A stretch of 64,000 nt of DNA from a virus: IMG/VR virus record IMGVR_UViG_3300013102_000030, positions 96,001 through 160,000 of that record, one strand, 5' to 3'. How positions within the stretch are numbered: position 1 is the first letter of the stretch; every line of letters starts with the position of its first letter. Positions 47,146 through 56,249 of this stretch are shown piece after piece. The position numbers were made by a program, and so were the translations under genes. The notes under the pieces are model-generated. The model did not search any database. It worked only from the letters and a program-made list of their open reading frames with translations, and was not told where the DNA came from.

Positions 47146-47570
47146 TCGACATTACAACCGGCCTTCCTGAGCTTCCTGAAGGGTACTGGTGGGAGGTCAA
47201 GAGTGATCGGAAGATCAGCCAGTGGATTGACACGGCTGCTGTCTACGATGAGGGATACTCCGTCAACATCATGAAGATGTTCACTGAAACCATCGCTCTG
47301 AAGAGGAAACACTGGTGGAGTATCCGGAAGACTTATGAACCCGTAACCCCCTATGAGCGGGAGTTGACTGTGGAGAAGACGTTCATCCTCAAGCATGATG
47401 TCTTCAGCGCGTTTGACTCCACGGACCTCTCTGCCACCATCACACCGGAAGGTGTCCTGAAGGCAGCACAGCGCTGCAAGGATACATATGACCGACGAGT
47501 AGGCTCCTACCATCTGGTCGGTGTATACCCACCCAAGAAACTCGTAACGACGAAAGATGACAATGCTTGA
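47142..47570 (+). CDS. TGLP-LP...G.YPPK family paralog 3
   Basis: TGLPELPEGYWWEV...GVYPPKKL. Confidence 0.8.
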   Translation: MIDITTGLPELPEGYWWEVKSDRKISQWIDTAAVYDEGYSVNIMKMFTETIALKRKHWWSIRKTYEPVTPYERELTVEKTFILKHDVFSAFDSTDLSATITPEGVLKAAQRCKDTYDRRVGSYHLVGVYPPKKLVTTKDDNA

Positions 47571-47709
47571 TTTTGATGCTATGGTGGAAGCAGCAACAGA
47601 GATCCTGATGCCAGCCGCCGAAGAGACACTGAACGGTGTCACTGATCTGATTCCGGAACTGGATGACGTTTTTCCTCTGGATGAGTTCGGTACGGAGGGC
47701 CTGTGGTAA
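47563..47709 (+). CDS. Very acidic 48-aa protein
   Basis: 13 D/E and no K/R; fills the gap between neighbours. Confidence 0.6.
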   Translation: MLDFDAMVEAATEILMPAAEETLNGVTDLIPELDDVFPLDEFGTEGLW

Positions 47710-47864
47710 GCTTACGACAGGAGATCGCTGAAGCACTGTACAACCACTGGAGGAGTTCCGACAGTGAACTCAAAGTGTCGTGGGCCGATGCTCCCGACAA
47801 CCTGCGTGGTGTCTTTCTCCGACAGGCCGACGTGGTTGAGAAGGTGATCGATGGCGGGTCCTGA
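47703..47864 (+). CDS. Small hypothetical protein
   Basis: GGAGG RBS, GTG start; IAEALY...W...F...AD. Confidence 0.6.
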   Translation: MVSLRQEIAEALYNHWRSSDSELKVSWADAPDNLRGVFLRQADVVEKVIDGGS

Positions 47865-48051
47865 GGAGAAGATACGCAAAGTTCTTGAAGAGCACGAGGC
47901 ATACACCGTTATCCGGTACAAGGACAACGACGCTGACAATCGTGTAGGCTATCAGTGCAGATGCGGAGAAGAGGATGCTCCCGATGGAGAACTCTGGGGC
48001 CGATCATGGCTCATCAACCACCAGACGACAGAAATTGTCAAAGTACTATAA
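47851..48051 (+). CDS. Small protein (C.CG...HQ)
   Basis: AAGG RBS. Confidence 0.65.
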   Translation: MAGPEEKIRKVLEEHEAYTVIRYKDNDADNRVGYQCRCGEEDAPDGELWGRSWLINHQTTEIVKVL

Positions 48052-48067
48052 GAAAAGGGTAAGAGAA

Positions 48068-48901
48068 ATCGCTAATCATACTTTCGCACTAAATGACCTT
48101 GTCCACGTCACGCGTGGATTCTACAAGGGACAGGCTGGCCGGATCATCTCCAAGAGCCTGAACTCCGTCTCCATCAAGTCCTCGCAGGGAATTGTCACGG
48201 TGAACGTCGGAGATGTGGCCGCAGGGTCTTCACCGATCCCCATTCCTCCGGCAGAGAACGTCTACCCGTTCAAGCCCGGACAGACCGTCAGGGTCAACCG
48301 CAGGACCAGCCAGCACGACGGGAAGTCCGCCATTTATCTTGGCCCCGATCCGGATTACTCTGCCATTGCACGAGTACGTCTGGCAATGTCTCCCTACACC
48401 ATTGTCACGTTCTACTTCAGTGATCTGGTGGAAGTTCCTGAAGTCACGGCCAAGCCGAAGGAAGCTCCTTTCCTTTCAACCACCAGCCGCGTTGAAGGCA
48501 AGCAGATCCATTTTGATGATGTGAAGATCGGTGATACGATTACATCAACGCGCACCTACAAGAGCGGTGACGTGGAGACATCGGTTATCCATACGGGTGT
48601 CGTCTCCAAGCGTGGCTTCTCGGGTCTGTACACCAGTGACTCAAACTGCATCAACCCTCGGGGCACTGAAACCCTGACGCTGGTCAAGGCCGCTGTGGAG
48701 AAGGACGAACTGCTGGAGACGCTGAAGAGCTTCCAGTCCAATACGGTTCTGGTGTTCAGTACTTCTGTCACGTTCTCCTACACGGCTGTGAAGACCGGCC
48801 AGAGTTGGATTCTGACAGCATCTTCTGGCTCCACCCGAACCATCACCAGCGGTAAGCTCCGAGAGATCATCGGAAACCGCAAGTACACCAAAGTCAACTA
48901 A
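48068..48901 (+). CDS. Multi-KOW/SH3-like protein; probable ATC start
   Basis: Three barrel motifs (D.V.V..G.YKG..G; F.PG..V.V; I.FDDVK.GD.I). Confidence 0.75.
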   Translation: MANHTFALNDLVHVTRGFYKGQAGRIISKSLNSVSIKSSQGIVTVNVGDVAAGSSPIPIPPAENVYPFKPGQTVRVNRRTSQHDGKSAIYLGPDPDYSAIARVRLAMSPYTIVTFYFSDLVEVPEVTAKPKEAPFLSTTSRVEGKQIHFDDVKIGDTITSTRTYKSGDVETSVIHTGVVSKRGFSGLYTSDSNCINPRGTETLTLVKAAVEKDELLETLKSFQSNTVLVFSTSVTFSYTAVKTGQSWILTASSGSTRTITSGKLREIIGNRKYTKVN

Positions 48902-48922
48902 CAAACGAAAGGTCCACACTTT

Positions 48923-49789
48923 ATGACTATCAAAATTGGCGATTACATCCGCGTAGACATTGACAACGAATGGCTCCGCTCCGGCTGGCAGGGCATGGAA
49001 GGCGTTGTCACGGGCTTCTACCAGTCGTGGTCTGACAAGCAGCCGCTGGTCCAGTTCAAGGTCACCAAGGAAGCTCCCGGAGGCTCCTCATCCCGCAAGG
49101 TCGGTGACGTGGTCAACGACATGGGCCTGCGTCAGCCCAAGGTCAAGGTTCTCTCGTCCAAGTTCAAGCTCGGTGACCGTGTCAAGTACGTCGATCCCAT
49201 GTACTTCTCCTCCTACAACCCGATTGACTACGAGATCGTAGATTTCGTTCATGCATACGACGGCCTGTACCACGTTCGGTGCGCTGAGATCCGGAATGGC
49301 TCCCGTACCGGTCTGATTCACACTCACGGTCAGAAGGAACTGGCGCTCGCTCCCAAACAGCCCAAGGAGGGTGATGAAGTCTTCCTGAAGGACATCAAGG
49401 AGGGACAGACCATCCGGATCTCCGGTACCCGCCACGGTATCAAGATCGTCCGTGAGGCTGTCGTTGGATCGATCTCCGAGTACGGCATCTACTCTCACGA
49501 TGGCTCGCGGATCGACCACACCGGAGTCCAGTGGAAGTACGTTCTGGTCAAGGAAGCACCGGAGAAGGGTCCGAAGAAGGAGACGCTGAGCAAGATCGCC
49601 AATCTTCCCGGACATCACGTCGTCTACCAGAGTGGCAACGGCCACTTCGTGCAGGCCCTTACGAAGATCGGTGGTGAGTGGTCATGGCTTCACGTCAAGC
49701 CGCGCAACTCCGGTACCGAAATCGTGACCAACAAGGAAGTCGCTGAAGCCCTTGAGGCCGGTGCAGTGATCCTGAAGCCTGCCTCCTAA
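48923..49789 (+). CDS. Multi-KOW/SH3-like protein
   Basis: IKIGD.IRV, FKLGDRV, LKDIKEGQTIRI. Confidence 0.8.
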   Translation: MTIKIGDYIRVDIDNEWLRSGWQGMEGVVTGFYQSWSDKQPLVQFKVTKEAPGGSSSRKVGDVVNDMGLRQPKVKVLSSKFKLGDRVKYVDPMYFSSYNPIDYEIVDFVHAYDGLYHVRCAEIRNGSRTGLIHTHGQKELALAPKQPKEGDEVFLKDIKEGQTIRISGTRHGIKIVREAVVGSISEYGIYSHDGSRIDHTGVQWKYVLVKEAPEKGPKKETLSKIANLPGHHVVYQSGNGHFVQALTKIGGEWSWLHVKPRNSGTEIVTNKEVAEALEAGAVILKPAS

Positions 49790-49854
49790 TGGAAGGTACG
49801 CTGATCATCATCTTCCAGCTGCTCATCATTGCAGCTTCCCAGTAATAACTACAC

Positions 49855-49889
49855 GTGAAAGGGCGGGGCTTGACGGTCCCGCCTTTTCA
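49855..49889 (+). terminator. Hairpin with TTGACG (-35) in the loop
   Basis: GTGAAAGGGCGGG/CCCGCCTTTTCAC. Confidence 0.65.
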
Positions 49890-49920
49890 CTGTAAGCTAA
49901 TAACAACGCGAAAGGAACAT

Positions 49921-50151
49921 GTGAAAGTCTGGCTCACGCTGCTGACCCTTGTAGGAATCATGGCAGCAACCGTTATTACGATGGCGCTGGTGATGATTTT
50001 CAGCGCTCCGGTCTGGACCGCAGTACCTGTCACACTCGTGACCGTCGTGGGACTGGCGTGGCTGGGCACACGAGAAAATGTTGCCCCTCCGCTGGTCATG
50101 AAAGAATCCGTCTGGAATGACGAAGACAACGAACAGAAAGAAGACAAATGA
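49921..50151 (+). CDS. Membrane protein
   Basis: 2 TM; AAAGGA RBS. Confidence 0.7.
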   Translation: MKVWLTLLTLVGIMAATVITMALVMIFSAPVWTAVPVTLVTVVGLAWLGTRENVAPPLVMKESVWNDEDNEQKEDK

Positions 50152-50420
50152 CCTTCCCTTACAGCACCAACCGTGACGACTACACCGGCCCTCTGCTGCC
50201 TAAGCGCAGCATCAACACCATCCAGAAGGGTGTCTCTGTCTTTGCCGGAGCCGTTACCCTCGTGGTAACCCTGCTGGCCGCTGGCTCCTTCGCTCTCGCC
50301 ATGACCATCAGCCCGGGGTGGTTCATTGCCGTAGCAGTATTCGGCGGCTACGCGCTCATCTCAGCCATCTGGCTCTACGTCGTGCGGATGATGCTGAAGT
50401 CCGCTGGACAATGGCGGTAG
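50148..50420 (+). CDS. Membrane protein
   Basis: 2 TM; ATGA overlap. Confidence 0.75.
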   Translation: MTFPYSTNRDDYTGPLLPKRSINTIQKGVSVFAGAVTLVVTLLAAGSFALAMTISPGWFIAVAVFGGYALISAIWLYVVRMMLKSAGQWR

Positions 50421-50421
50421 T

Positions 50422-50679
50422 ATGTGCATAAACTGTGTAGACCATAACGTTCCCGGACTGCTGTTTCCGGAGCGTCCGGTCATCGGATCGGAACTGTGGC
50501 TGTCGGCTGTACGTGCTGTCTCCATTCAGGAAGACTACGTCAAGTCACTGGAGCGGAAGCTGGAAGATCCCAACAGGGATGTATTCCAGCGGCAGTTCAT
50601 CAAGTCTCTAATTGACACCGCGTCAACAAAGCTGGTAACGTTGCGTGCAGCACTGAAGGAAATCGATGAAGGGGGATGA
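50422..50679 (+). CDS. Hypothetical protein
   Basis: ORF. Confidence 0.65.
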   Translation: MCINCVDHNVPGLLFPERPVIGSELWLSAVRAVSIQEDYVKSLERKLEDPNRDVFQRQFIKSLIDTASTKLVTLRAALKEIDEGG

Positions 50680-50680
50680 C

Positions 50681-50890
50681 ATGAGCGAACAGAGCTTGAA
50701 CAAAGACCTGCTGGATGGTAGGATTGCAGCACTGGATACTGATGTATCCGACCTGACGGAGATGCTGGAAACGGATGACTCGATTCCTCCCGCAGCCATG
50801 GAAGTCTATGAGAGAAATCTTGAAGCAACCAAGAAGCGGCTGGAAGGGCTGAAGAACTTCCGGGAGATCATTGAGGATCTGGATGGCTGA
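50681..50890 (+). CDS. Acidic coiled-coil protein
   Basis: GGGGG RBS. Confidence 0.65.
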   Translation: MSEQSLNKDLLDGRIAALDTDVSDLTEMLETDDSIPPAAMEVYERNLEATKKRLEGLKNFREIIEDLDG

Positions 50891-51080
50891 CTTCAGCGCA
50901 GAGATCGTTATCAACTTCCCGACCGATAAGGGTCCGGCCAAGAAAGGTATCCTACTGGAGGCCAACTCCATTCAGGCGCTCAAGCACAAGATCTATCTGC
51001 TGAGCTTTGAAGAGGTTTGGGGAGAGAACGACGCAACACTGCGTCAGTGGAAAGCCGACAACCAGATCAGGACCAAATGA
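50883..51080 (+). CDS. Hypothetical protein
   Basis: GAGGA RBS. Confidence 0.65.
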   Translation: MADFSAEIVINFPTDKGPAKKGILLEANSIQALKHKIYLLSFEEVWGENDATLRQWKADNQIRTK

Positions 51081-51226
51081 TAGCACTCCTCCTGACCCTC
51101 GCATGCGCGGCAGTCGGCTGGTGGAACATTGTCAACGGAGTGTTCTGGATGGCATGGATCTGCTTCTTTATGTCCGCCCTCTGCCTGCTGCATTTCATTG
51201 AATGGCTTGTGCGGGACGCACGCTAA
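51077..51226 (+). CDS. Small membrane protein
   Basis: ATGA overlap; hydrophobic. Confidence 0.65.
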   Translation: MIALLLTLACAAVGWWNIVNGVFWMAWICFFMSALCLLHFIEWLVRDAR

Positions 51227-51257
51227 GAAATTTTTGTAACCGATATAGTAAGGAAAA

Positions 51258-51689
51258 ATGACAGAAACACTGAAGTACACCGAGATCTATTTCCACGACA
51301 TCAAGGTTGGGGATGAGATCAAGGCAGTCTACACCTACGACGATGGCTCCACCAGTGAGCGTACCGGTAAGGTTACCCGCAAGGATCACCTTGGAAACTT
51401 CACCAGTGAAGCCGGAAACCCCATTGCTCAGACACTTGACGTTACGTCGTGGAACAAGGTCTCACAGAGGGCCTTCTACCGCAAGGCAAAGCCTTACGTC
51501 TTCCCGAAGAATCCGGGAGCGGTCATCCTCGCGGACATTACCGGTGGCACCATCCGTGACCGCAGGTTCGTTTTCAACGGTGTTGTCTGGCACTGCGCCG
51601 GTATCAACGACCCGCGTCACCGCTCGGAGAGTTCGCTCCGAAGTGACTACACCAACTTCCGCACCATCTACGAAGGAGTCTCAGCTTGA
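51258..51689 (+). CDS. Two-domain I.F.DIK.GD family paralog
   Basis: IYFHDIKVGDEI; PYVFPKNPGAVI. Confidence 0.8.
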   Translation: MTETLKYTEIYFHDIKVGDEIKAVYTYDDGSTSERTGKVTRKDHLGNFTSEAGNPIAQTLDVTSWNKVSQRAFYRKAKPYVFPKNPGAVILADITGGTIRDRRFVFNGVVWHCAGINDPRHRSESSLRSDYTNFRTIYEGVSA

Positions 51690-52102
51690 TCAAGATCCGC
51701 AAGAAGGCTATTGCAGCCGCAGCCGTTGCACTGGTAGGTGCAGCCGCCCTGACCGCCTGTGGTCCGGGTACCTCAGACCGCGACATGGCAAACAAGAACA
51801 TGTCCACCGCAGCGGACAACTTTGAGATCACCCGCCACATCGTAGGCATCAACGGCATCACCGACAAATACCTCTTTGAGGTTGTCGGCAAGTGCTCCAT
51901 CAACGATCAGGGCAACCAGCTTGAGGTCTTGTGTAAGGAAGGGAACAACCAGTACAAGAAGTACATGATGGGTATCTCTGACAACGTGACCTACATGGTT
52001 ACTCCGCTGGACAACACCGACGTTTCGGTCACTCACACCCGCGTGATCTTCAAGCCGGAAACCCTCATCCCCGAAATCGAACTCTCTCTCGGAAAGCAGT
52101 AG
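51686..52102 (+). CDS. Lipoprotein
   Basis: Lipobox LTAC; N.S.AADNFE..R.IV.INGITD. Confidence 0.85.
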   Translation: MIKIRKKAIAAAAVALVGAAALTACGPGTSDRDMANKNMSTAADNFEITRHIVGINGITDKYLFEVVGKCSINDQGNQLEVLCKEGNNQYKKYMMGISDNVTYMVTPLDNTDVSVTHTRVIFKPETLIPEIELSLGKQ

Positions 52103-52105
52103 AAC

Positions 52106-52531
52106 TTGACAAACACATCAGCATGGGAAACCATTACCTTTGACCAGATCAAGATTGGTGACAAGATCCGCACCGTCTCCAAGGAGCCGGATGGTACCAA
52201 GCGAACCATTGTAGGTACCGCAAAGAGCAAGTCCACCATGTGGCGAGCGTACTACTCAGATGGTGGCAACACTCTGGTAGACGCTGACAACAAGTACTTG
52301 GTCTCGCTTGAACGCAAGCGCACGGATGTCTTCGTGCTTCCGAAGCGCGTTGCTGCCGTCGTTGAGGCTGTGCGTATCTCCTCAGGTGAAACGACCCGCC
52401 TTGTGCTGGCCGATCCGGAGGATGAGGACAAGTGGCATGACGTGGTCAACCAGTCGTGGATGAGTGATGACGAAGTGAAGAGCCGTTACCGCTCCCACAA
52501 GGTCATCAGCAAGGGGGTCAAGAATGCCTAA
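52106..52531 (+). CDS. Two-domain I.F.DIK.GD family paralog
   Basis: ITFDQIKIGDKIR; FVLPKRVAAVV. Confidence 0.8.
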   Translation: MTNTSAWETITFDQIKIGDKIRTVSKEPDGTKRTIVGTAKSKSTMWRAYYSDGGNTLVDADNKYLVSLERKRTDVFVLPKRVAAVVEAVRISSGETTRLVLADPEDEDKWHDVVNQSWMSDDEVKSRYRSHKVISKGVKNA

Positions 52532-52973
52532 TCCCGAGAAGTGGGAAGGGATCACCTTTGACGAGATCAAGAAGGGTGATGAAATCCGCTGCATCATCAC
52601 TGATGAAGGCGGATACCGCACTGACACCCGTGGATTTGCCAACGAATACAAGGCAGGCTATCCGGGACCGCGCTGGGTTCATGGCAGCGGCTGGGTAGCA
52701 GCCCGTAAGGAAGGCACCGGCACCAGTAAGTCAACCTTCTACCGGAAGAAACCGCCGCCGTTCGTCTTCCCGCAGAAGTCCCTTGCTGTGATCGAAGGAT
52801 ACAACAGGGGTGTGGGATCTCGGGTCAAGCTGTTCAAGCCTGTCCGCTCCCAACGAAGCAGGGAGAACGTCTGGCTCCCCGTCAATCCTGAAGGTGTCAG
52901 TTCCCGGTACACCGAGGAATACATCATCGGGTGGTCTGACCTGAAGGTACTGCACGAAGGCGTAGACCTCTGA
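52524..52973 (+). CDS. Two-domain I.F.DIK.GD family paralog
   Basis: ITFDEIKKGDEIR; FVFPQKSLAVI. Confidence 0.8.
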   Translation: MPNPEKWEGITFDEIKKGDEIRCIITDEGGYRTDTRGFANEYKAGYPGPRWVHGSGWVAARKEGTGTSKSTFYRKKPPPFVFPQKSLAVIEGYNRGVGSRVKLFKPVRSQRSRENVWLPVNPEGVSSRYTEEYIIGWSDLKVLHEGVDL

Positions 52974-53143
52974 GTGTACAGCCCGGAGAAGGCATTCATG
53001 ATCCCAGAGCCGAATGGGACACCTGCATAGCCGTCAAAGGCGAACACATTTGCTGGCGGCGACATGGACATGAGCGTGATCATGGCTGTGCCTGTGGTGA
53101 AGATTGGCCCTACGGAATAGGACACGACGAATACGACTGGTAG
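52970..53143 (+). CDS. Small Cys/His Zn-binding protein; CTG start; absent from the ORF track
   Basis: C...GEH.C...HGH...H.C.CG..W; CTGA overlap; no ATG/GTG/TTG anywhere in the frame; terminator follows immediately. Confidence 0.7.
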   Translation: MSVQPGEGIHDPRAEWDTCIAVKGEHICWRRHGHERDHGCACGEDWPYGIGHDEYDW

Positions 53144-53176
53144 AGAAAGACCCTCTGGAAACAGGGGGTCTTTCTT
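53144..53176 (+). terminator. Intrinsic terminator
   Basis: AGAAAGACCCTCTG-GAAA-CAGGGGGTCTTTCT. Confidence 0.8.
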
Positions 53177-53177
53177 G

Positions 53178-53206
53178 TTGACAGGGATCTGGTTCTCCTA
53201 TAGTCT
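53178..53206 (+). promoter_or_regulatory. Early promoter
   Basis: TTGACA-N17-TAGTCT. Confidence 0.8.
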
Positions 53207-53237
53207 TTCTATACAAGCCAAAGAGAAAGGGAATGAG

Positions 53238-53513
53238 ATGAAGGCCACCAAGACCAGCAGCGTCCAGACCGAGATCTTCCAAATTGAGGATGGTCCGATC
53301 ATGCACTCCGATCCCAACCGAATCCGTCACGTACGGTTCCGGGTCCAGATCCTGTCGATCTCAACCAACGATGGAGTTGTCCGGTCGGCATTTGTCCGTG
53401 GCCCCAACATCCTTTCGGACGGCAGTGAAGGCAAGCTGTATCACGACCGCACGCTTCTTCCGTCCTCCTTCCCGTACTGGCTCAAAGACTTCCTCGCAGA
53501 AAAGGACAAGTAA
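53238..53513 (+). CDS. Hypothetical protein
   Basis: AAAGGG RBS. Confidence 0.7.
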   Translation: MKATKTSSVQTEIFQIEDGPIMHSDPNRIRHVRFRVQILSISTNDGVVRSAFVRGPNILSDGSEGKLYHDRTLLPSSFPYWLKDFLAEKDK

Positions 53514-54211
53514 TGATTGACAAGAACCGCAAGTTCCGCGTAGGGGATACGCTGGCTCAGGACACCGACAACGCTCTTCCGAACAACGGACGGATTCTGT
53601 ACAGGGTTCTGAAGGAGGAAACCCAAGGCGGGAAGGTCTACCTTCAGATCATCGAGCAGGACCCTGCCCGGTTCACCGAGAACGCCCATCACGTCTCCTC
53701 CGACTACCTGCGTCGGGCTACGGAACTGATCTCCGAAGGTCCGGAACCGGAACCCAGCAACAGGGTTACGCACGTCCGTGGAGACCATGTCCGACTGGGA
53801 GAGACCATCCGGCACGAGAGCCACTACCCTCACCTGTCCGGAGACTTCCTCGTGGAGGGCATCGAGTACAAGGGTGACACTGTCCAGATTCTGACCCGTG
53901 ACAAGCCCGATGGAGTACTGCTGACAGTGCCCCAGCCGGTGAAGCTGCCCTTCATGAAGTACTCCATGATTCAGGTCATCGGAAAGCGTGCCAAGAAGCA
54001 TCCTCCTCTGGTACACTGGAACAAGCACACTGAGAAGGATGCTGACGTGAAGGTCACCAACCGATCAGGGATGCACTGGAGTATGCACTGTGGTGTCAAG
54101 CCTGCTGTTGGTGTTATGGCCCGGAACGCTGACTTTGTCACGTGCCCTCGCTGTCACGCAGATGCACTGGAATTTCGACGCACGAGCCTTGGAAGGGATT
54201 GGGGAGTCTAA
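53513..54211 (+). CDS. SH3-like domains plus C-terminal H..CG...VTC..C Zn motif
   Basis: FRVGD.L; VRGDHVRLGETI; VTCPRC. Confidence 0.7.
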   Translation: MIDKNRKFRVGDTLAQDTDNALPNNGRILYRVLKEETQGGKVYLQIIEQDPARFTENAHHVSSDYLRRATELISEGPEPEPSNRVTHVRGDHVRLGETIRHESHYPHLSGDFLVEGIEYKGDTVQILTRDKPDGVLLTVPQPVKLPFMKYSMIQVIGKRAKKHPPLVHWNKHTEKDADVKVTNRSGMHWSMHCGVKPAVGVMARNADFVTCPRCHADALEFRRTSLGRDWGV

Positions 54212-54429
54212 TGGAACCTGAAGTGGATATCCAGAAGATCAAGAAGGGCGACTTCTTTTGGAAGGGCACCAGCCCTACCGTTTACGAAGCGCTCAGTGAC
54301 GAAACCCAGCGCGGCTACGTCAAGTGCCGTGCACCATGGATCTCCGTGGCTCGGGACATGCGCTTCAACACCACCATCGATGACCTGACGATTCTGAAGG
54401 AGGCTGACCGTGTCCGCCTTGGGATCTAA
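54211..54429 (+). CDS. Small SH3-like protein
   Basis: IQKIKKGDFF; TAATG coupling. Confidence 0.7.
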   Translation: MEPEVDIQKIKKGDFFWKGTSPTVYEALSDETQRGYVKCRAPWISVARDMRFNTTIDDLTILKEADRVRLGI

Positions 54430-54706
54430 GATCGCACAGCGACTGGTGGATCTGGGCCGGATCGATCCTGATGTCTATGACATCGAGAAGACCGGCATCC
54501 ACCGGACTCGGGCAGGTCACTGGCAGCGCTCTCAAGGCGCATGGGTCTGGGATCTGGAACTGGTTCGCAAAGACGGAGGTATCGTGTATGATTCCTACGG
54601 GAGCCAGTACACGGCCACCGACTGCGCCAAAGCCAAGGCGTGGGATTTCTATTCAACAGGCATCGACCACGGGATCATTCCCATGAAGGAGGAACACAAT
54701 GGCTGA
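54410..54706 (+). CDS. Hypothetical protein
   Basis: AAGGAGG RBS; RT.AG..QRS.GAW.W. Confidence 0.75.
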   Translation: MSALGSKIAQRLVDLGRIDPDVYDIEKTGIHRTRAGHWQRSQGAWVWDLELVRKDGGIVYDSYGSQYTATDCAKAKAWDFYSTGIDHGIIPMKEEHNG

Positions 54707-54917
54707 GAACGACGACTACGAGTACGCGGTACAGCGCACTGAGGTAGGACACAGCATGATCGTCGGGGATCACTGGGGGAGCAGGACTTCCGCAGACCGT
54801 ACGTTTGCTCGGGAGGAACTGATTCAGGCGGCTCGGGAAGACGGCGGACGCGTCAAGTACGGGACCAGCTTCAAGGTGGTCAAGCGGCGCAAGGCAGGAC
54901 CCGTAGAGGACGCATGA
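54699..54917 (+). CDS. Hypothetical protein
   Basis: AGGAGG RBS. Confidence 0.75.
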   Translation: MAENDDYEYAVQRTEVGHSMIVGDHWGSRTSADRTFAREELIQAAREDGGRVKYGTSFKVVKRRKAGPVEDA

Positions 54918-55186
54918 CACCACCCGGCAAGACTCGGGGGAAGAAGTTCTCCCCGGAGCGAGCAGCACTGCTGGCTACGCTGATCGAAGACGAATGGCCG
55001 ATCCGGCAGATCACCAAGACTCACGGTTACAACTTTTCCACCATCAAGCGTCTCTACCCTGACTACAAGGGAATGACGCAGCAGGAGGGAGGTAGGCTCT
55101 CGTGGGCCATCAAGCAGGCTGACGAGAAGATGCGCGTCAGCTATTCCCTTGTTGACAAACACTACTGGAGGAAAACAAATGTCTGA
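54914..55186 (+). CDS. Putative HTH DNA-binding protein
   Basis: W.IRQI.K.HG...TIKR.YP. Confidence 0.65.
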   Translation: MTPPGKTRGKKFSPERAALLATLIEDEWPIRQITKTHGYNFSTIKRLYPDYKGMTQQEGGRLSWAIKQADEKMRVSYSLVDKHYWRKTNV

Positions 55187-55445
55187 ATGTCAAATCTCTG
55201 ATCCGTCCCTGCGGGAACTGCTTCCATGCAAGTTCACCGATTCCGGAGGAGTGCAATGTGAGCGCATGGACTTCCATACTGAGGCTGGGCACCGGATCTC
55301 CGGTCACACCATCCAGCACTCCATCTCTGGTAACGCGTGGGACTGCACGGCCTTCAATGAGCCGGTGGATACCGCAGCGTACCGCCTCAGGCTCAGGCGG
55401 CAGATCAAGGAACTGACAGAGGAATTGAAGTCTCTGGAGGGTTGA
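55179..55445 (+). CDS. Hypothetical protein
   Basis: GGAGG RBS. Confidence 0.7.
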   Translation: MSECQISDPSLRELLPCKFTDSGGVQCERMDFHTEAGHRISGHTIQHSISGNAWDCTAFNEPVDTAAYRLRLRRQIKELTEELKSLEG

Positions 55446-55470
55446 CACCCTGCTAGAACTCCGATAGTCT
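55442..55470 (+). promoter_or_regulatory. Early promoter
   Basis: TTGACA-N17-TAGTCT. Confidence 0.8.
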
Positions 55471-55506
55471 TTCATTACCAACAACCCGTTAGGAGAGGAG
55501 CTAGAC

Positions 55507-55959
55507 ATGAAGATCAGGCGCATGAAGGCCGGAGACCGCAGCTACTACTTGGTGGACACCGGCACCGGAGAGATCATTGCCACCGCTGCACAGACCGGCG
55601 AACGCGGACGGGATGACTACCCGTGGGAATGGTCACTCAGCAATGACATGATCTTCGGCAAGCTGAGCGCTCGGACTGGGCACAGTGTGGAGACGCTTCG
55701 GGAAGCCATTGACATTGTGGAGACCGGAGCCAACCAGTACGGACTGCTCAAGCCGGTCGGCCCTGTCGATCCGTTCGACATCAAGGAGAATCAGGTCTTC
55801 CGTGTCATGCAGGGCGGACGGTTCAACTACTACCGCTCCACGCAGAGCGCCTACGGGACCGGCTGGAACATCGAGATCCCTGCCAACCACTCCTCCGGTG
55901 AACTGACGGAAGTCCATCTCACTCGGGACCAGCACGTCACCTTGTACGAACCCATCTAA
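55507..55959 (+). CDS. Hypothetical protein with C-terminal FDIK SH3-like domain
   Basis: GAGGAG RBS; PFDIKENQVFRV. Confidence 0.75.
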   Translation: MKIRRMKAGDRSYYLVDTGTGEIIATAAQTGERGRDDYPWEWSLSNDMIFGKLSARTGHSVETLREAIDIVETGANQYGLLKPVGPVDPFDIKENQVFRVMQGGRFNYYRSTQSAYGTGWNIEIPANHSSGELTEVHLTRDQHVTLYEPI

Positions 55960-55991
55960 CCCGCTACACTCATCTTAGAAAGGAGCAGGAC

Positions 55992-56249
55992 ATGAACAAG
56001 GAACAGGTGGAGAAGATCGCTGAGATCATCCACAACACCAACCCTGAGATCTCCAGCAACGCTGAGGCTCAGAAGATCGCCCGGAATCTGGTCGAGCATG
56101 GAGTCCTGCTCGTAGTGGATACCAACGGTGATCCCATGCCGATCCGGCGCATTCAGGACCACGCGTGGATGCAGGGCTACGGCGCTTGCCGGGAAGGCCA
56201 GCAGCCGCACAGCCCGTACCGTCAGACCAAGTTCAAGGAGGAACAGTGA
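55992..56249 (+). CDS. Hypothetical protein
   Basis: AAGGAG RBS; AW..GY...PY. Confidence 0.75.
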   Translation: MNKEQVEKIAEIIHNTNPEISSNAEAQKIARNLVEHGVLLVVDTNGDPMPIRRIQDHAWMQGYGACREGQQPHSPYRQTKFKEEQ

